DNA of 32,000 bases from Raphidiopsis brookii D9. GTDB taxonomy: Bacteria; Cyanobacteriota; Cyanobacteriia; Cyanobacteriales; Nostocaceae. Of the stretch, positions 27,920-32,000 are shown in pieces (positions within the stretch are counted from its first letter, which is position 1; each line of letters opens with the position of its first letter). The position numbers and the translations under genes were made by a program. The notes under the pieces were generated by a model. The model had not been told where the DNA came from and searched no databases. It was given only the letters and a program-made list of their open reading frames with translations. The stretch is from positions 30,001 through 62,000 of the forward strand of contig ACYB01000029.1 of the NCBI GenBank assembly GCA_000175855.1. The letters are read 5' to 3'.

Positions 27920-28444
27920 CTATTTTTCCCAAAATCGAAAATTGAAACTTCCGGGAGGACGACGTAACCGATGAACACGTAATCTTATTTTCCGCTTAGT
28001 AGCTCTAGTATCTGATTGTTTGAAATCATCATCGTCTAACAAATCATCTTGAATTTGAGTGATGGTTAATTCCTTGCTTCTCCACCAAGCAATAATCCAA
28101 CCTCCACCTAAACCAGCTATACAACCAAACAAAATACTAATCGGACCAGAATAACCCATAAACAAAAAACTAAACATAAAAACTAAACAGTATTTCAGCG
28201 CAGCATCAATACCATCATTGGCCGCAACATTGGAAATTGTTGCGTTATTCTCGTTAGCAATAGTGAACCAACCTAAAGCTAAACCACCCGCAATTCCCAA
28301 AAATACGCATAGAATTAGAGAAGCTCCCCCAAACCACGAAATCGCAGCTAATAAAAACCCAAACACGAATTGGGAAAAAAAGGTCGGTGATGTGGATAGT
28401 ATTTCCCTGAGAATATTTTTGTTGGCCGCCATAATCACTCTCAT
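27920..28444 (-). CDS. Small integral membrane protein, unknown function, with an acidic then basic C-terminal tail
   Basis: 174 aa with four hydrophobic Gly-rich segments. The tail is DDLLDDDDFKQSD...KRKIRLRVHRLRRPP. It starts 11 nt after the stop of the upstream kinase gene. The start may be the Met at 28432. Confidence 0.55.
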   Translation of the reverse strand: MRVIMAANKNILREILSTSPTFFSQFVFGFLLAAISWFGGASLILCVFLGIAGGLALGWFTIANENNATISNVAANDGIDAALKYCLVFMFSFLFMGYSGPISILFGCIAGLGGGWIIAWWRSKELTITQIQDDLLDDDDFKQSDTRATKRKIRLRVHRLRRPPGSFNFRFWEK

Positions 28445-28455
28445 CTAGCTTTAAC

Positions 28456-30009
28456 TTACCTAAATTTACCACTGATCTGTTGAGCCAAAGGTTGAGTAGC
28501 ATCTACTACCATAATGTAGGGTAGTTCCTCCTCCGTAAATGGTTCGTATTGTGCAACCTGACCTGCTAATAATTCGGGAGTAGCATCAGTAATATCATTG
28601 CTACGGTGTACTATACGTTCTTCTAACACCTCTAGTGGTGCAGTACAGTAAACAATTTTCCCAGGTAGCTGATGTTTATTTGCTTGATCAATTACCTGTT
28701 GACGTAAATGCTTACGATCATATTTAGCATCCAAAATCACAGACCAACCTTGATTAGCCAGTGTAATCCCCAATACTAACAACCGATTATAGGTCTTTTG
28801 AGTCATTTCTGGAGTATATATTTCATTGCTACCCCGCTCCCTGAGAGAAATACCCCCTAGATGTTTTCGCACCGCGTCAGAACGTAAATGAACCGCCCCC
28901 AGTTTAGCAGCTAAATACCTCCCAGTGGTACTTTTGCCAGAACCAGATAAACCAGACATCAATATTAATTGTCCCTGTCTAGCTTGGGTATATTTCCACG
29001 CCTGTTGATAGTATTTTTCAGCTGTTTGGGCCGCGATCGCTCTGGTTTCCGACCCTATAGCTTTATCGTCTAATAAAAATGAATTTACTTTGGCTCTTAC
29101 ATAGGCTTGACGAGTTAAGTATAAAGGTAGTATTTGTAAACCCTCCCAGTCTCCGGTTTCCTCAACATAAGTATTTAAAAAGGTATTTGCTAAATCTTCT
29201 CGACCTTTCGTCTCCAGATCCATGACTGTAAATGCCACATCATACATCACATCCACGAAGCGAAACGTCTCATTAAATTCAATACAGTCAAAAAGAATAA
29301 TTTCTTCATTCCACAGAGCAATATTTGCTAAGTGTAAATCGCCATGACATTCACGGATGCGTTGTTGGGCAACTCTGCTGGCAAATAATTCCGAATACTG
29401 CTGACAAAACTTATCTGTATAGGCTTTAGTTTCTTCAAATCTGGACTGAGTTTGGGGTCCACCACTATATTTTTCAATATATTTTAATGTTTGAATATAA
29501 TTTTCCTCAATAGCTGACCGCACCAAACCTACTTGTCCAAAACCACTAATATAATCATTAGTCAGACATTTAGTGTGATACTCAGCCAGGACCCTTCCTA
29601 GTTCTTGTAGATGGAGCTGATTTAACTTACCTTGGGAGAGCAGTTGACTAAATAAAGCATCTTCAGGAAATTGACGCATTTTCACCGCATACTCCACAAT
29701 TTCACCCTTTCCCCCCAAATGGTATTTTCCACCACTCCAGGTAATGGGTACAACTTGTAGATATAACTTACTGGCACCACGTTGATTTAAGCGTAATTCT
29801 TCCTGACAAAAATGTAAGCGCCTGTCCAGAGTGGAGTAATCTAAAAAACCAAAGTTAACAGATTTCTTCAGCTTATAGACATAATCGCCTGTCAAAACTA
29901 CCCAAGAGACATGAGTTTGAATGACTTGAATAGGTTGGGTTACAGGGTGAGGATAAAATTCCGCCTGTAACATGTGATGAACTAAATTTTCAAGACTTGT
30001 AGTTTCCAT
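28456..30009 (-). CDS. Two-domain protein: aminoglycoside-phosphotransferase-like kinase fold fused to a P-loop (AAA_33/zeta-like) NTPase/kinase
   Basis: 517 aa. The N-terminal domain carries the catalytic loop CHGDLHLANIAL. The C-terminal domain has Walker A MSGLSGSGKST and LRSD. Confidence 0.8.
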   Translation of the reverse strand: METTSLENLVHHMLQAEFYPHPVTQPIQVIQTHVSWVVLTGDYVYKLKKSVNFGFLDYSTLDRRLHFCQEELRLNQRGASKLYLQVVPITWSGGKYHLGGKGEIVEYAVKMRQFPEDALFSQLLSQGKLNQLHLQELGRVLAEYHTKCLTNDYISGFGQVGLVRSAIEENYIQTLKYIEKYSGGPQTQSRFEETKAYTDKFCQQYSELFASRVAQQRIRECHGDLHLANIALWNEEIILFDCIEFNETFRFVDVMYDVAFTVMDLETKGREDLANTFLNTYVEETGDWEGLQILPLYLTRQAYVRAKVNSFLLDDKAIGSETRAIAAQTAEKYYQQAWKYTQARQGQLILMSGLSGSGKSTTGRYLAAKLGAVHLRSDAVRKHLGGISLRERGSNEIYTPEMTQKTYNRLLVLGITLANQGWSVILDAKYDRKHLRQQVIDQANKHQLPGKIVYCTAPLEVLEERIVHRSNDITDATPELLAGQVAQYEPFTEEELPYIMVVDATQPLAQQISGKFR

Positions 30010-30039
30010 TGAAATTATAATAATTTAGTTCACTCATTC

Positions 30040-30073
30040 CAAGAATCCCCATCCCTCAGCACGAGGATTCTTG
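30040..30073 (-). terminator. Hairpin CAAGAATCC-N16-GGATTCTTG downstream of rplY
   Basis: The 9-bp arms were read directly at 30040-30048 and 30065-30073. There is no U-tract, so terminator function is uncertain. Confidence 0.3.
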
Positions 30074-30090
30074 CCACTTGGGAAGACCCC

Positions 30091-30387
30091 TTAACTCTTA
30101 GCTGCAAAAAAACTCAAATGATAGGGAGTTCCCTTCGCTGGGTGAACTTGAACTTCCCTCAAAACAGTTTTACCAGTCCATTGGAGATCTGGAATACTCA
30201 GTTCAATTTCCGTCTTATTAGGTGCAGCTTGTTTAAGCAAGCGATCAACTGTTTTAGCTTCCAGAGCCAAGGAAATTGACTCAGTACCGTTATGTCCATA
30301 CAAATTAGCAGGGATCAAACCAGAACGGCGTAAAGCCTTGGGTTTAATGCCTTCTGGACGTTTTTGAGATTCTACTGTCAGTGCCAT
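30091..30387 (-). CDS. rplY: 50S ribosomal protein L25 (short form)
   Basis: 98 aa. The pattern is [13 protein letters not shown]...REVQVHP. Confidence 0.85.
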   Translation of the reverse strand: MALTVESQKRPEGIKPKALRRSGLIPANLYGHNGTESISLALEAKTVDRLLKQAAPNKTEIELSIPDLQWTGKTVLREVQVHPAKGTPYHLSFFAAKS

Positions 30388-30451
30388 ACTAGTTTTAACT
30401 TGTCAATTAGTTATCAGCTATCAATTAATCAGTCACCAATCACCGCTCCAG

Positions 30452-31795
<1,344 letters not shown>

Positions 31796-31813
31796 TTAAA
31801 AGTAAAGTTTTCA

Positions 31814-31852
31814 CAAACAATCATTATCACCAGATTGTTTGGGATTTGTCAA
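31814..31852 (-). promoter_or_regulatory. Candidate purA promoter (TTGACA - 18 nt - GATAAT on the minus strand) overlapping a 9-bp inverted repeat CAAACAATC/GATTGTTTG
   Basis: The -35 is the complement of 31847-31852 and the -10 is the complement of 31823-31828. The inverted repeat arms are at 31814-31822 and 31833-31841, so the hairpin could also terminate the upstream gene. Confidence 0.35.
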
Positions 31853-31885
31853 GGGATTTTAGGAACTACTTCATTATATTTTTCA

Positions 31886-32000
31886 TTATATTTGGGTCAA
31901 ACTATATGCCAAAATAGCACTACCAATGGGAACTGTTAAATTATCAATCCCCCAAAAGGAAACGGATTCTAGTAATGCGGCAAGGATAGATACTAGCGCT
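31886..32000 (-). CDS. 3' end of a membrane protein gene, possibly of the phytol/dolichol kinase-CDS family (partial, enters from beyond the window end)
   Basis: My reverse translation gives ...ALVSILAALLESVSFWGIDNLTVPIGSAILAYSLTQI*, with the stop as the complement of 31886-31888. Only 37 residues are visible. Confidence 0.4.
   Translation of the reverse strand, partial: ALVSILAALLESVSFWGIDNLTVPIGSAILAYSLTQI

Overview
The window looks like a core chromosomal segment of a filamentous, low-GC cyanobacterium (Nostocales-like). The HIP1 octamer GCGATCGC recurs throughout (e.g. 3327-3334, 4218-4225, plus sites near 5330, 8901, 10256, 13175, 14083, 17140, 17338, 19312, 23978, 24708 and 29030). Gene content is typical of the group: Ycf36, an SLH-OprB porin, a Fed2-like ferredoxin, ferredoxin-dependent sulfite reductase and scattered ureEFG.

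About 35 protein genes and 3 tRNAs are supported:
- valS (5' part)
- a signal-less amidase/glucosaminidase
- dnaG
- ureG-ureF-ureE preceded by tRNA-Ser(GGA)
- a 2Fe-2S ferredoxin
- an SNase-like lipoprotein
- an IMPase-family gene next to hisZ
- a 7Fe-type ferredoxin
- a LivF/NatE-type ABC ATPase
- a frameshifted dcd
- tRNA-Arg(UCU)
- an HTH/acidic-linker protein
- sir
- an SLH porin divergent from a Fur/Zur-box-controlled znuACB operon
- a decayed restriction-modification remnant next to tRNA-Phe(GAA)
- a His-rich ferrochelatase paralogue
- a GxSxG hydrolase-like protein
- an MFS transporter
- ilvB with a zinc-ribbon tail
- ycf36, rsfS, a DUF218 protein and a small membrane protein
- an APH-like/P-loop kinase fusion
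- rplY and purA
- the 3' end of a membrane protein gene

I saw no CRISPR array, transposase, integrase or obvious intact defence operon. The only accessory-looking DNA is the AT-rich segment at about 19.68-20.56 kb. The most checkable oddities are:
1. The motif I-to-motif X collapsed C5-methyltransferase chimera.
2. The dcd frameshift in an A7/T7 run.
3. The zinc-related neighbourhood with a His6-tailed class II chelatase paralogue.
4. The IMPase-hisZ adjacency.
5. Two GC-rich, non-coding-looking islands in AT-rich spacers.

All functional calls come from reading the translated ORFs by eye. No database search was run.
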